Origin: Candidatus Woesearchaeota archaeon
Lineage (GTDB): Archaea > Nanobdellota > Nanobdellia > SCGC-AAA011-G17 > PNOQ01
Direction of reading: 5' to 3'
Length of the DNA stretch: 64,000 bases
NCBI GenBank assembly: GCA_964408705.1
Contig: CAYPAI010000001.1
Span: 63,750 to 127,749 of the forward strand
Shown: positions 19,438 to 29,114 of the stretch, in pieces
How the letters are laid out: each line of letters begins with the position of its first letter
Position numbering within the stretch: position 1 is the first letter of the stretch
Program-made: the position numbers and the translations under genes
The notes under the pieces: model-generated
The model's input: the letters and a program-made list of their open reading frames with translations, nothing else
What the model was told of the DNA's origin: nothing
Databases searched by the model: none

Positions 19438-19932
19438 TTGTTAACCTTAATCAAAAAAGATATAAACATTAAAAATGAAATTAAAATTATGTTTGTAGAA
19501 TCATATTTCATATTAATTGTATTAATAAGCTTAGGGATAATTATCTCACTATACTTAATCCTAACCAGACGTAGTTCTAAGTCATTAGTATGTCCAACAG
19601 GATACCGGTGCAATGATGTTGTAAACACAAAATGGTCAAAACTTTTTGGAAAAATACATAATGATACATTGGGTATAATTTTCTATATTATTTTATCCAT
19701 TTTGATGATATATTTGTCAGTTGGTTCATTAATCATAGATCTGGCTAACATAGGGTACTTACTTTTTTCTAGTTCTATTTTTATTTCTTTTTTAGCTGCA
19801 ACATATTCTTTATTTTTACTCGGAATACAATTTTTTGTTATTAAAAAGAGATGCCTCTATTGTATTATTATGGCAATAATTAATTTAACTATTTTATTTT
19901 TATTATATAATCTTTATTTTATGTTTTATTAA
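19438..19932 (+). CDS. Vitamin K epoxide reductase (VKOR) family disulfide oxidoreductase
   Basis: 164 aa; 4-5 TM helices. Loop cysteine pair plus VKOR signature (CPTGYRCNDVVNTKWSKLFGKIHNDTLG) and a CxxC redox centre in the last TM (CLYC). Confidence 0.6.
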   Translation: MLTLIKKDINIKNEIKIMFVESYFILIVLISLGIIISLYLILTRRSSKSLVCPTGYRCNDVVNTKWSKLFGKIHNDTLGIIFYIILSILMIYLSVGSLIIDLANIGYLLFSSSIFISFLAATYSLFLLGIQFFVIKKRCLYCIIMAIINLTILFLLYNLYFMFY

Positions 19933-20927
19933 TTTACCCAATTAGATAATCCCTTTTCTTTTGAGTCTAATTTTTCTATTAATCTATTAATATTATTTTC
20001 TGAAAAATCGTGTGAAGACAAAATGTCTACTATCTTAGATATATTGGGTTCACTCCACTTAAGATTGTATTTCTTAAGTACTGGCATATTCTTAAATGTC
20101 GAAGATATACTTTTCCAATCAAAAGGAGGATTAATTTCTGAAAATATTTTATTAGGTGTTCTGTGTTCTTTAACTAACTTTAATGCTTTTTTTGGACCTA
20201 TCCCCTTAACTCCTTTTGGATTATAATCTGTACCTACCAGTATAGAGATTGCTAGCAATTGTTCTCTATTTATCTTCAGATTATCAAGAACAGTTTTTAA
20301 TTCAATTAATTCAGGGTGGTTTGTGGTATATATTCCCTTAACTTTTCTCCGGGGAGATATTGTAAGGTTTCTGATTAAGCGAGGAGCAGAATAAATTAAA
20401 GAATCTGTGTCTTGAGAAACCACTCCATAAACATCCCTTTGTTTTGCCATAAATGAAGCTTGAGCCTCTGCTTCAGAGGGGGCTTGGATTACAGGTAACC
20501 CTAATGCTTCGATAAATTTTTTTGATTCCTCAGTTATACTTTTATTTAGCCTAGTAAACTGTTTACTATATTTAAGCATACTATCTACATCTCGTTTGGA
20601 CATTGCTTTTTTAAACCTAGACTCCGCAATAACCTTTCTTTCCTCTCTAATCTGGCTCTCTTTGAATTTTAATGCAGGTGGCTTCCCATCAAAAATAAAA
20701 CATAATTTAATCCCTTCACTCATAAGTTTTGGTATTCTTGTAGACAACCCCATTAAGTGAGATGTTACTCTTTGTTTACTATCCATCAAAGGAGTACCAT
20801 CCGATTGTCTTATTGAACTCAAAAATTGATATAACACATTACTAGAGTCTACTGCTAAACTTTTTCCACAAAGGTCTGTAAGAGAAATTTCCTTTTTTGG
20901 AATTAAAGAGGATATTGCAATGCCCAT
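19929..20927 (-). CDS. fen: Flap endonuclease 1
   Basis: 332 aa; XPG-N and XPG-I motifs (LAVDSSNVLYQFL, FIFDGKPP, VVSQDTDSL) and a C-terminal PIP-like tail. Confidence 0.85.
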   Translation of the reverse strand: MGIAISSLIPKKEISLTDLCGKSLAVDSSNVLYQFLSSIRQSDGTPLMDSKQRVTSHLMGLSTRIPKLMSEGIKLCFIFDGKPPALKFKESQIREERKVIAESRFKKAMSKRDVDSMLKYSKQFTRLNKSITEESKKFIEALGLPVIQAPSEAEAQASFMAKQRDVYGVVSQDTDSLIYSAPRLIRNLTISPRRKVKGIYTTNHPELIELKTVLDNLKINREQLLAISILVGTDYNPKGVKGIGPKKALKLVKEHRTPNKIFSEINPPFDWKSISSTFKNMPVLKKYNLKWSEPNISKIVDILSSHDFSENNINRLIEKLDSKEKGLSNWVN

Positions 20928-21535
20928 TATACTTTTTCAACTACCTCTCGATTATAAGAAGAATATTTTATTAGGTGGGTGTTATCATCAATAGTATATC
21001 CTTCAACTTCAAGTTTGTCATTAAATTGTATTGTACTTAGTGATGCTTCATGTAAACTAAAAAAATCCATTTCCTTCATCCCTAATTTTAGTGCCCTTAA
21101 AATTAAAAACCTTAGGAAACGTCCATGTGAAACTAACAGAATATCCTCTTTTGAGTGATTTGTTTTTAGATGTTCTAAAAAATTTTGTGCCCTTTTTTCT
21201 AGGTCATAAAAATTTTCCCCATTAGAAGGAGTGTATTCATGTTCAAGTAAACCCGTCTTAACTAACTCTTTTTCTAGTTCCTTTCGTGTAAGCAGGTCTC
21301 CGTGATCATGTTCCCTTATCTCATCAGTATAACTTACTTCTGTTTTTTTTAAGTATGGTTTTAGAATTTCGAAAGTTTGTTTTGCTCTAAGCCAAGTACT
21401 ACAGTATATTTTATCAATTTTTTTATTTTTTAAAGAAACTCCTAACCTTTTTACTTGCTCTACTCCTAACTTTGCTAGAGGAGAATCCCTTGTCCATCCT
21501 TCTTTTTCACCGTGTCTTACTAAATAAATTTTCAT
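20927..21535 (-). CDS. Histidine phosphatase (phosphoglycerate mutase-like) family protein
   Basis: 202 aa; LVRHGE catalytic motif and a C-terminal SHG motif. Confidence 0.7.
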   Translation of the reverse strand: MKIYLVRHGEKEGWTRDSPLAKLGVEQVKRLGVSLKNKKIDKIYCSTWLRAKQTFEILKPYLKKTEVSYTDEIREHDHGDLLTRKELEKELVKTGLLEHEYTPSNGENFYDLEKRAQNFLEHLKTNHSKEDILLVSHGRFLRFLILRALKLGMKEMDFFSLHEASLSTIQFNDKLEVEGYTIDDNTHLIKYSSYNREVVEKV

Positions 21536-21536
21536 C

Positions 21537-23834
21537 TTAAAAGTCGAATAAACTCTTTTGTTTCTTTCCCTCCATTACTTCCTTGAAACTTATACCATAA
21601 AACTCTAAAACTGCATTAGCTATTGGTTTTATCTGCTTATCTACATAATGCTTGTAATCTAGTCTATGGTTTAACATCTCCTTTGGCTCTGGCCCATCTA
21701 TTGTAATAAAATATTCTATTTTTGAGCTTTTAATCTTCTTCAATTTTCTTGCTGCCTTTACATGAGGGGGAGTGATCTTTGTATAATCTTCAGGATTTTT
21801 TCTTAATGATTTGATATATACTAATTTTTTATCTAGTTTACCATCTTGAAGTTCCTTAACATATTTATTAATAAACTTTGTCGGATCCTTTTTGTGGAAA
21901 ATTTTATCAAATAATTTTTCCTGAAATTCCTTTGCAGCTTCTGTCCAGTCAGATCTTTTCACTTCTAACCCAACAAATTGAATCTCTTCCTTTTTTTTAT
22001 TTTTTATTAAACCTGCATATCTCTTTTTTGCACCAGCACTACCTGACCTTAGTTTTGGCATTAAAAATCTGAGATAACACTTTTCAAATTCCATCTCTAA
22101 AAAACTTTTCAAACCATACTTTTTCATTACAAGATTGTCAAAATCTAAATTAATTTTTCTTTCCAAATCATCCCCAAGCTTAATTGCCAATTCATAATCT
22201 TCAATTTTTGAATTAATAAAATTTGAATCTGTATCTTGATATATAACTTCATATCCTTCTTCTTCTAACAATAACTTTGTCCTCTTCAAAATATCTTGCC
22301 CAAATAGAGTTATCGAATTAGCTATTTTAGGATTAAAAAATCTACAGTTAGGATTTGCTAATACTCCAAAAAATGAGTTCATAAGAATTTTAATTGCCCA
22401 TCTTGCTAACTCGTTTTTGTTTTTTCTTGCAGATTCACGGTGTTCCCACAAATCTTGGATGATTTTAGGGAGAATTCCTTCCTCTTTGTTGAAATAAACA
22501 TTTGCAGGAGTCTTTATTGCGTTTATTTTTTTCTTTTCAGAGTAGGAGGCAGGGTCAATATTGAATGTCCGAATTATTGAAGGATAAAGTGATTTGAAAT
22601 CCAATACTACTATATTATCATATATTCCTGGTTTGGAACTCATTACATAGCCTCCGGCTATAGGTTTTTCTTTAACTTTAAATATTGAAGTTGGACAAAC
22701 TATCCCTTTTTTTCTTGCTTCAGGTAAATATAAAAAATCTAATGAAGCTATAGATGCACTTACCCTATCTAAAGGCATACCCGTTATTAAACTCCTTTGA
22801 ACTGTTAAATCTAATAAAGTGCCTTTGTAAAGAATATCGTAAACCAGAATACAATCCATGAGATTATAGTCTACTAATTTATTTAAATCATTTTTGTATA
22901 ATGTATCAATTTTATTATATTTTTCTGCCCCAGTAGTTTCTATTAACTTAGATTTTCCTAAAACTTTATGTGCAGCAGTGTTTAGTTTATAGTCTTCTAC
23001 CTTGATAAAAGAAGTCTTGAGAAGTTCCATCCCATCTAACACTACTCTCCCTTCAAAATCTGCCTTGCTTGATCTAAAAAAATCTTTTTCGATTCTTAAT
23101 TTAGAAACAGAATTATCCCTATTCAAATTAAAAGGTATGTTGTACTTTTTGAACTTGTCTTTTAGATACTTTAAATCAAAATCTATAAGGTTCCATCCGG
23201 TTATTATATCTGGGTCAAAGACTAGTATTTCTTCCCTAAATGCATCTAAAAGATCTTCTTCTCTGTTAAAAGATATTGCTCCATTGATCTTCTTTTTAGA
23301 TTTTAAAAAAACTTTTTTATAGTCTTTTGAAAATAATCCTATACAATATAACTCTTTTCCATCAGAACTAGTCTCTATATCAATAGATAATACCTTAAGA
23401 TTATTGGGTATATATTTGCAAGGTTTTAGTTCTGGATCAAAATATACTCTATCTATGTTATCATGAGAAACTTCATAATCTCCATCTATATCTATTGACA
23501 TTTTTATATTATTATCCATAAGAAATCTATAGGGATATTTTACATCTGCCTCATATGTGTGTATATCTTCAGCTATTGAAGTTTTATATTCTTTCAATTC
23601 GTAAATATTTGGAAATTTTATTTTTGAAACCTTATTTCCTTCAAAATTTTTTAATTTTGTTTTTTCAAATTCTCCTTCCTTTAGGTGTTTAATATCTTTC
23701 TCTTTAACAAAAAAATAAGGAGAATACTTTTTTATTGCAACAAATGATTCTCCATTTTCTAATCTACCATAAAGTAAAACATGGGACTTTCCTTGGATAT
23801 TCTTGTGAGACGAGTATATTATGAATCCTTTCAT
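21537..23834 (-). CDS. polB: DNA polymerase B (family B)
   Basis: 765 aa; exonuclease motif I (LSIDIETSS), KILMNSFFGVL (KxxxNSxYG) and YQDTDSNFI (YxDTDS). No intein is apparent. Confidence 0.9.
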   Translation of the reverse strand: MKGFIIYSSHKNIQGKSHVLLYGRLENGESFVAIKKYSPYFFVKEKDIKHLKEGEFEKTKLKNFEGNKVSKIKFPNIYELKEYKTSIAEDIHTYEADVKYPYRFLMDNNIKMSIDIDGDYEVSHDNIDRVYFDPELKPCKYIPNNLKVLSIDIETSSDGKELYCIGLFSKDYKKVFLKSKKKINGAISFNREEDLLDAFREEILVFDPDIITGWNLIDFDLKYLKDKFKKYNIPFNLNRDNSVSKLRIEKDFFRSSKADFEGRVVLDGMELLKTSFIKVEDYKLNTAAHKVLGKSKLIETTGAEKYNKIDTLYKNDLNKLVDYNLMDCILVYDILYKGTLLDLTVQRSLITGMPLDRVSASIASLDFLYLPEARKKGIVCPTSIFKVKEKPIAGGYVMSSKPGIYDNIVVLDFKSLYPSIIRTFNIDPASYSEKKKINAIKTPANVYFNKEEGILPKIIQDLWEHRESARKNKNELARWAIKILMNSFFGVLANPNCRFFNPKIANSITLFGQDILKRTKLLLEEEGYEVIYQDTDSNFINSKIEDYELAIKLGDDLERKINLDFDNLVMKKYGLKSFLEMEFEKCYLRFLMPKLRSGSAGAKKRYAGLIKNKKKEEIQFVGLEVKRSDWTEAAKEFQEKLFDKIFHKKDPTKFINKYVKELQDGKLDKKLVYIKSLRKNPEDYTKITPPHVKAARKLKKIKSSKIEYFITIDGPEPKEMLNHRLDYKHYVDKQIKPIANAVLEFYGISFKEVMEGKKQKSLFDF

Positions 23835-23880
23835 TATAAATTAGATAGTAAGTAGATTTTTAAAGTTTTATTTTTTAAAT

Positions 23881-24756
23881 ATGTGTATGGAAAATTGGAT
23901 CAAGGCTGGAGAAATTGCTTCAAAAGTTAGAAGATATGGTAAGAATTTGATAAAACCTGGTGTATCTTTTTTAGATGTAGCGAATAAAGTTGAATTAAAA
24001 ATTTCAGAATTAGGTGGCAAACCTGCATTCCCTGCACAGTTTTCAATAAATAATATTGCTGCCCATTACACACCTATTGTTGGAGACTTAAGTAAATTTG
24101 AAAAAGGTGATTTGGTTAAGTTTGATCATGGAGTTCAAATAGATGGTGCAATTGCAGATACTGCCATTAGTGTTGATCTTGGTAATCACTCTAAATTAAT
24201 CAAAGCCTCTGAAACTGCACTTAAGGTTGCAATTGATAATGTGAAACCAGGAATTACTAATGGAGAGATTGGTGCACTAATAGAAGAAACAATTGTAAGC
24301 AAAGGATTTAAACCAATTAAAAATTTGTCAGGACATGGTTTAAGCGAGTATACTGTCCACACTCCACCTAGTATGGTTAATTATGACAGTGGCGAAAGGG
24401 TTAAACTAAAAAAAGGACAAATTATCGCAATAGAACCCTTTGCTAGCACCGGGACAGGGTTAGTCACTGAAGGAAAAGGATCCGAGATATATTCATTGAT
24501 CAGTCAAAATCCTGTAAGAAATACTCAAGCAAGAAATATTTTAAAATTTATAAAATCAGAGTATAAGATGCTTCCTTTTGCTAAAAGAAATTTATTAAAT
24601 GATTTCAGTAAATTTGAGATTGCAATTGGAATTTCTAATTTGATAAAAAGGGGTATATTGATGGAATATGGTGTCCTTCCCGAACAAGATCCTTCTTCAT
24701 TAGTTGCTCAAACCGAACATACCATCATAGTTGGAGAGACAATTACTACAAAATAA
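23881..24756 (+). CDS. map: Methionine aminopeptidase type 2 (archaeal)
   Basis: 291 aa; pita-bread-fold metal-ligand pattern (AAHYTP, DGAIADTA, HGLSEYTVH, EPF). Confidence 0.85.
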   Translation: MCMENWIKAGEIASKVRRYGKNLIKPGVSFLDVANKVELKISELGGKPAFPAQFSINNIAAHYTPIVGDLSKFEKGDLVKFDHGVQIDGAIADTAISVDLGNHSKLIKASETALKVAIDNVKPGITNGEIGALIEETIVSKGFKPIKNLSGHGLSEYTVHTPPSMVNYDSGERVKLKKGQIIAIEPFASTGTGLVTEGKGSEIYSLISQNPVRNTQARNILKFIKSEYKMLPFAKRNLLNDFSKFEIAIGISNLIKRGILMEYGVLPEQDPSSLVAQTEHTIIVGETITTK

Positions 24757-24795
24757 CTTTTTTAATAAAAAAAATAAGTTATCAAACAAAGTTTC

Positions 24796-27087
24796 TTAGC
24801 CCATATAGTTTTGAGATTCTCTTATTGCAGCCCCTCTTGCAACTCTTAAATATTTTTCTTCTATTTCTTTGTATTTTTTGATATCTGTTTCAGTTATTGA
24901 TGGCTTTATCTTTTCAAATGCTTTTTTAAAATCACCCATAGTTATCTCACTGGCTTTGATATCTTTCCTTAATGCAATCATTCCAGCTTCCCTACACACT
25001 GCTTCTAAATCTGCTCCAGAATAATTTTCAGTAGCTTCCGCCATACGTTTTAAATTAATATCTTTAGCAAGTTTCATTTTGTGTGTATGTACTTTGAATA
25101 TTTCTTCCCTACCTTTTTTGTCCGGGACAGGTACATGTAGTATCCTATCAAATCTACCTGGTCTTAATAATGCAGGATCCACTTTATCAGGACGGTTTGT
25201 TGTACCAATAACTACTACTTCATTCAAATCTTCAAGACCATCCATTTCTGATAAAAATTGACTAACTACTCTTGAAATAGACTCATTATTTTCTGACCCA
25301 GTAGAAGTAATAGAATCTATCTCGTCAAATAAGATTATTGTAGGAGAAGTCTCTCTTGCCTTAGAAAAAATCTTTCTTAAACCTTTTTCTGATTCTCCTA
25401 CCCACTTGGACATAAGCTCCGGACCTTTCACTAAAATAAAATTGGATTCTGATTCTCCCGCAACTGCTTTGGCTAATAATGTTTTACCTGTCCCCGGAGG
25501 ACCATAAAGTAAAATACCTTTGGGAGGACTAATCCCTATTCTCTTAAACGATTCTGGATGTTCTATTGGCCACTCTACTGCTTCTTTTAGTTGGGTTTTA
25601 GTTTCCTCCAATCCCCCTACATCTTCCCACTCTGTGTTTGGTTTTTCCACTAAAACTTCTCTCATTGCAGAAGGCCTTACTAATTTTAGTGCTTCCCTAA
25701 AATCTTCATTTGTAATTCTGATCTTGTTTAGGTTTTCTTCTGAGATTTTTCCTTTATCTTTCATATTTAATTCAGGAAGAATTCTCCTTAATGAATGCAT
25801 TGCTGCTTCCTTTGCTAATGCTTCTAAATCTGCGCCAGCAAATCCATGAGTTAATCTTGAAATTTCCTTAAGATTTATTGATTTGTTAAGTGGCATATTT
25901 CTAGTATGTATCTTTAAAATGACTAGCCTTCCTTTTTGATTTGGAACTCCAAAGGATATTTCTCTATCAAATCTTCCAGGCCTTCTTAATGCAGGATCTA
26001 ATGAGTTTGGACGATTTGTTGCCCCCATAACCACTACATTACCACGGTTATTTAAACCATCCATTAATGTAAGTAGCTGTGCAACTACTCTTCTTTCAAC
26101 CTCTCCATGAGTCTCTTCACGTTTAGGAGCTATTGCATCTAATTCATCTATAAAAATAATTGATGGTGCTTTTTCAGAAGCTTCTTCAAATATTTTCCTT
26201 ATCTTTTTTTCAGATTCACCATAAAACTTATTCATAATTTCTGGACCATTAATTAATATAAAATTGGAATCTGATTCATTTGCAACTGCTTTAGCTAATA
26301 ATGTTTTACCTGTCCCAGGGGACCCATATAATAAAATACCTTTAGGAGGCTCTATACCTAGCTTTTGGAATAATTCTGGATGTTTCATTGGCCATTCTAC
26401 CATCTCTCTTACTTTTTTTATTTCTTCATCCAATCCTCCAATGTCTTCATAAGTTACATCAGGTACTGCAGCATCTTCTCTTACTTCTAATGCTTTTGAA
26501 CTAAGAACTATCTCTGTGTTCTCAGTAATGATTACTGGAGACTTTGAAGGGTTTATATCTGCAACAACAAATTTTAGGCTTCCAATTGAACCCATAAACC
26601 CTGAATTAAACACATCTTGAAAAATATCCCCAAAAACTTCCTCAAATGGGCTTCCAGATAAAGTGGATCTCCTCCTATTTGATCCACCAAGGGAAATAAT
26701 ATCTCCTTTAACTACAACTCTGCCTAATAGGCTTTTAGTAAGCATTCCTGAATCTGCCCTGATCATAATTCCTTTTTGAGAAGGAGCAATTGTAACTTTT
26801 TTAGCTTCCTTAACTTCAATTTTCCTAATATTAACATAATCTCCTATCCCTGTCTTTGCATTTCTTCTTAAAATTCCATCCATCCTTATAACAGACTCCC
26901 CTATATCTGTCGGATATGCTCTATCTACAATCCCTACTGTTTTTCTTTCCCCTTCTATCTCTACTATGTCTCCTGGCCTAACTTTAATATCTCTCATATC
27001 TTGGGAGTCGATCCTTACTATTCCTTTATACGCTTCCTCTTGCATAGCTTCCATTACTCTCAACTTTACTTCTTCTTTCTTTGTCAT
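24796..27087 (-). CDS. cdc48: Cdc48/VCP-like AAA+ ATPase (double AAA domain)
   Basis: 763 aa; N-domain plus two Walker A boxes ([15 protein letters not shown] and [15 protein letters not shown]) and SRH regions. Confidence 0.9.
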   Translation of the reverse strand: MTKKEEVKLRVMEAMQEEAYKGIVRIDSQDMRDIKVRPGDIVEIEGERKTVGIVDRAYPTDIGESVIRMDGILRRNAKTGIGDYVNIRKIEVKEAKKVTIAPSQKGIMIRADSGMLTKSLLGRVVVKGDIISLGGSNRRRSTLSGSPFEEVFGDIFQDVFNSGFMGSIGSLKFVVADINPSKSPVIITENTEIVLSSKALEVREDAAVPDVTYEDIGGLDEEIKKVREMVEWPMKHPELFQKLGIEPPKGILLYGSPGTGKTLLAKAVANESDSNFILINGPEIMNKFYGESEKKIRKIFEEASEKAPSIIFIDELDAIAPKREETHGEVERRVVAQLLTLMDGLNNRGNVVVMGATNRPNSLDPALRRPGRFDREISFGVPNQKGRLVILKIHTRNMPLNKSINLKEISRLTHGFAGADLEALAKEAAMHSLRRILPELNMKDKGKISEENLNKIRITNEDFREALKLVRPSAMREVLVEKPNTEWEDVGGLEETKTQLKEAVEWPIEHPESFKRIGISPPKGILLYGPPGTGKTLLAKAVAGESESNFILVKGPELMSKWVGESEKGLRKIFSKARETSPTIILFDEIDSITSTGSENNESISRVVSQFLSEMDGLEDLNEVVVIGTTNRPDKVDPALLRPGRFDRILHVPVPDKKGREEIFKVHTHKMKLAKDINLKRMAEATENYSGADLEAVCREAGMIALRKDIKASEITMGDFKKAFEKIKPSITETDIKKYKEIEEKYLRVARGAAIRESQNYMG

Positions 27088-27088
27088 A

Positions 27089-27478
27089 TTATTCTTCCAT
27101 CTCCTCTGAGAAACTTAAACTTAATCTTCCAGGCCTATCTAAACATAATTTCATAATCTTATCCATTTCTTTCTCCATTCTATTAAACTGTTCTTCAAAC
27201 TCAATAATTTCTTTTGGTATTGTGACTGAAAAACTGTTACCAACCATTCTTAGCTTAACGTGAAACTCTCTATCTTTTAATTTCTTAAACTCTTCATAAT
27301 CTTTTATATCTGAAGGATGGTACCACTTTTCTTTACACCTAGGGCATTCAGAATATCTAACATTGAATCCTTCTTTGACTATTAAATCCTTGTTTGTTTT
27401 TACAACACACTGGTTGCACATTATTTCTGCATCAAATAAATCATTCATTTTAAGTATATACGGGTGGTATATACTCAA
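27089..27478 (-). CDS. Zinc-ribbon plus SpoVT/AbrB-like (swapped-hairpin) domain protein
   Basis: 129 aa; CNQC...CPRC zinc ribbon, then VKLRMVGNSFSVTIPKEI (the AbrB/MazE K-x-GNS-x-VTIPKE signature). It ends 2 bp before the cdc48 start, co-directional. Confidence 0.5.
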   Translation of the reverse strand: MSIYHPYILKMNDLFDAEIMCNQCVVKTNKDLIVKEGFNVRYSECPRCKEKWYHPSDIKDYEEFKKLKDREFHVKLRMVGNSFSVTIPKEIIEFEEQFNRMEKEMDKIMKLCLDRPGRLSLSFSEEMEE

Positions 27479-27532
27479 TATATAAACTTTTCTATAAGTA
27501 AATTTAATAAATAATAAAGTTAAGATTAACCT

Positions 27533-28480
27533 ATGATTGAATACTTACTTTTGTTAGTTGGATTTGTAATCTTAATTAAAGGTGCCCATTATTTTATAGA
27601 GGGTTCTTCATATCTAGCAAAAAGAATAGGCGTTTCCCCTTTAATCATAGGTCTTACTGTAGTTGCGTTTGGTACTTCCTTGCCGGAGTTTATCATCAAT
27701 ATATTTTCCGCAATAAATGGGTCGAATGATCTTGCATTAGGAAACATTATTGGGAGCAATATTTCAAATACTTTATTGATCTTAGGAATTTCTTCATTAT
27801 ATTATCCTTTGCTCATAAAAAAATCTATAGTTTGGAGAGAAATACCTTGGGCATTATTTGCAAGTTTATTGTTACTTTTTTTAGTAAATGACTCTTTATT
27901 TGGATATACTTCCCAAATTAGTTCAATTGATGGATTAATTCTTTTAGGAGTATTTTGTTATTTTTTATATTCTATGTATAATTCTTCTAAAAAAGATAAA
28001 AAACTAAACTTAGAGATAAGAAAACACAACGATTTTGTTATTTCATTGATGATTTTGGGAGGATTGGTAGGATTGTTTTTTGGTGGCAACCTTATTGTTA
28101 AAACTGCCCTGGAAATAGCTAAAACTTTTGGAATAAGTGAGTTTTTGATTTCCTCAACAGTTATTGCCTTAGGGAGTTCTCTTCCTGAGCTTGTGGTGTC
28201 TTTGACTGCAATATTCAAAAAAAATATAGACCTTGCAGTAGGAAATATAATAGGGTCCAATATATTTAATATTCTTTATGTCTTAGGCGCAACTTCCTTA
28301 GTAAAGCCGATTATATTTTCAAGTTTCATTAATTTTGATATCATATTCCTAATCTTAATTACTTGTTTACTTTTTATTTCAATGTTTAACTCAGAAAAAC
28401 ATATCCTTGAAAGAAAAGAAGGTTTACTCTTTTTAGTCTTATATGTAATTTACTTGTTTATTATACTCCTCAGAGGCTAG
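27533..28480 (+). CDS. Ca2+/cation antiporter (CaCA family, YrbG/NCX-like)
   Basis: 315 aa; two alpha-repeats (GTSLPEF and GSSLPEL) and 10 TM helices. Confidence 0.8.
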   Translation: MIEYLLLLVGFVILIKGAHYFIEGSSYLAKRIGVSPLIIGLTVVAFGTSLPEFIINIFSAINGSNDLALGNIIGSNISNTLLILGISSLYYPLLIKKSIVWREIPWALFASLLLLFLVNDSLFGYTSQISSIDGLILLGVFCYFLYSMYNSSKKDKKLNLEIRKHNDFVISLMILGGLVGLFFGGNLIVKTALEIAKTFGISEFLISSTVIALGSSLPELVVSLTAIFKKNIDLAVGNIIGSNIFNILYVLGATSLVKPIIFSSFINFDIIFLILITCLLFISMFNSEKHILERKEGLLFLVLYVIYLFIILLRG

Positions 28481-28514
28481 TAATCTTTTAATATTACTAA
28501 ACTAACTCACTACC

Positions 28515-29114
28515 ATGGATTTTTTAGATGAATTAAAAAGTGGTATAGTCCTTATTTATGGTCCTGCTGCTAGCGGTAAAACTACTTTAGCATTACAAAG
28601 AACCTTAGAACTTTCAAAAAAGGGGAAGGTTTTATTTTTAGATACTGAAAATACTTTTTCATTAGAAAGAATTGAACAAATGGATGAAAAGTATAGAAGA
28701 TATATGGGTAATATTTTAATTGTGAAACCAAAAAGTTTTGAAGAACTTAATAAAAAAATAGAAATTTTTGAAAAAATATCAAATAAATTTAATATGATCA
28801 TACTAGATAGTTTTGGAATATTTTATAGATTGCATCTCCAGGAACGAGGACATTCTGAAGCAAATGAAATTGCAATAAAAATTCTTAGAAAATTGAAACA
28901 CATATCTGGAAAGATTCCAGTTATAATGACAAACCAAGTTTATGAAAACTCTGAAGGACGTCATGTTTTAGGTGGAAAAATGATTAGAAACTTTTCAGAT
29001 TTTATTTTAGAATTAAACTTGAAACCGCGAGTTATCCATATTAAAAAACCCAATACTGAAAGATTTAATTTGAAAATTGAAAATAAAGGACTTATTTTTT
29101 CTTCCCAGGATTAA
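28515..29114 (+). CDS. radB: RadB-like RecA-superfamily ATPase
   Basis: 199 aa; Walker A (GPAASGKTT), Walker B region (MIILDSF) and the short RadB-like length. A KaiC/RadA paralog is an alternative. Confidence 0.6.
   Translation: MDFLDELKSGIVLIYGPAASGKTTLALQRTLELSKKGKVLFLDTENTFSLERIEQMDEKYRRYMGNILIVKPKSFEELNKKIEIFEKISNKFNMIILDSFGIFYRLHLQERGHSEANEIAIKILRKLKHISGKIPVIMTNQVYENSEGRHVLGGKMIRNFSDFILELNLKPRVIHIKKPNTERFNLKIENKGLIFSSQD

Noticed and set aside
25079-26452. Three short plus-strand ORFs (25079.., 25520.., 26264..) inside cdc48, and 53997..54425 inside PAN
   Set aside because: They lie antisense to strongly supported AAA ATPase genes and are Ser/Gly-rich artefacts of the GGPPGTGKT-encoding regions.
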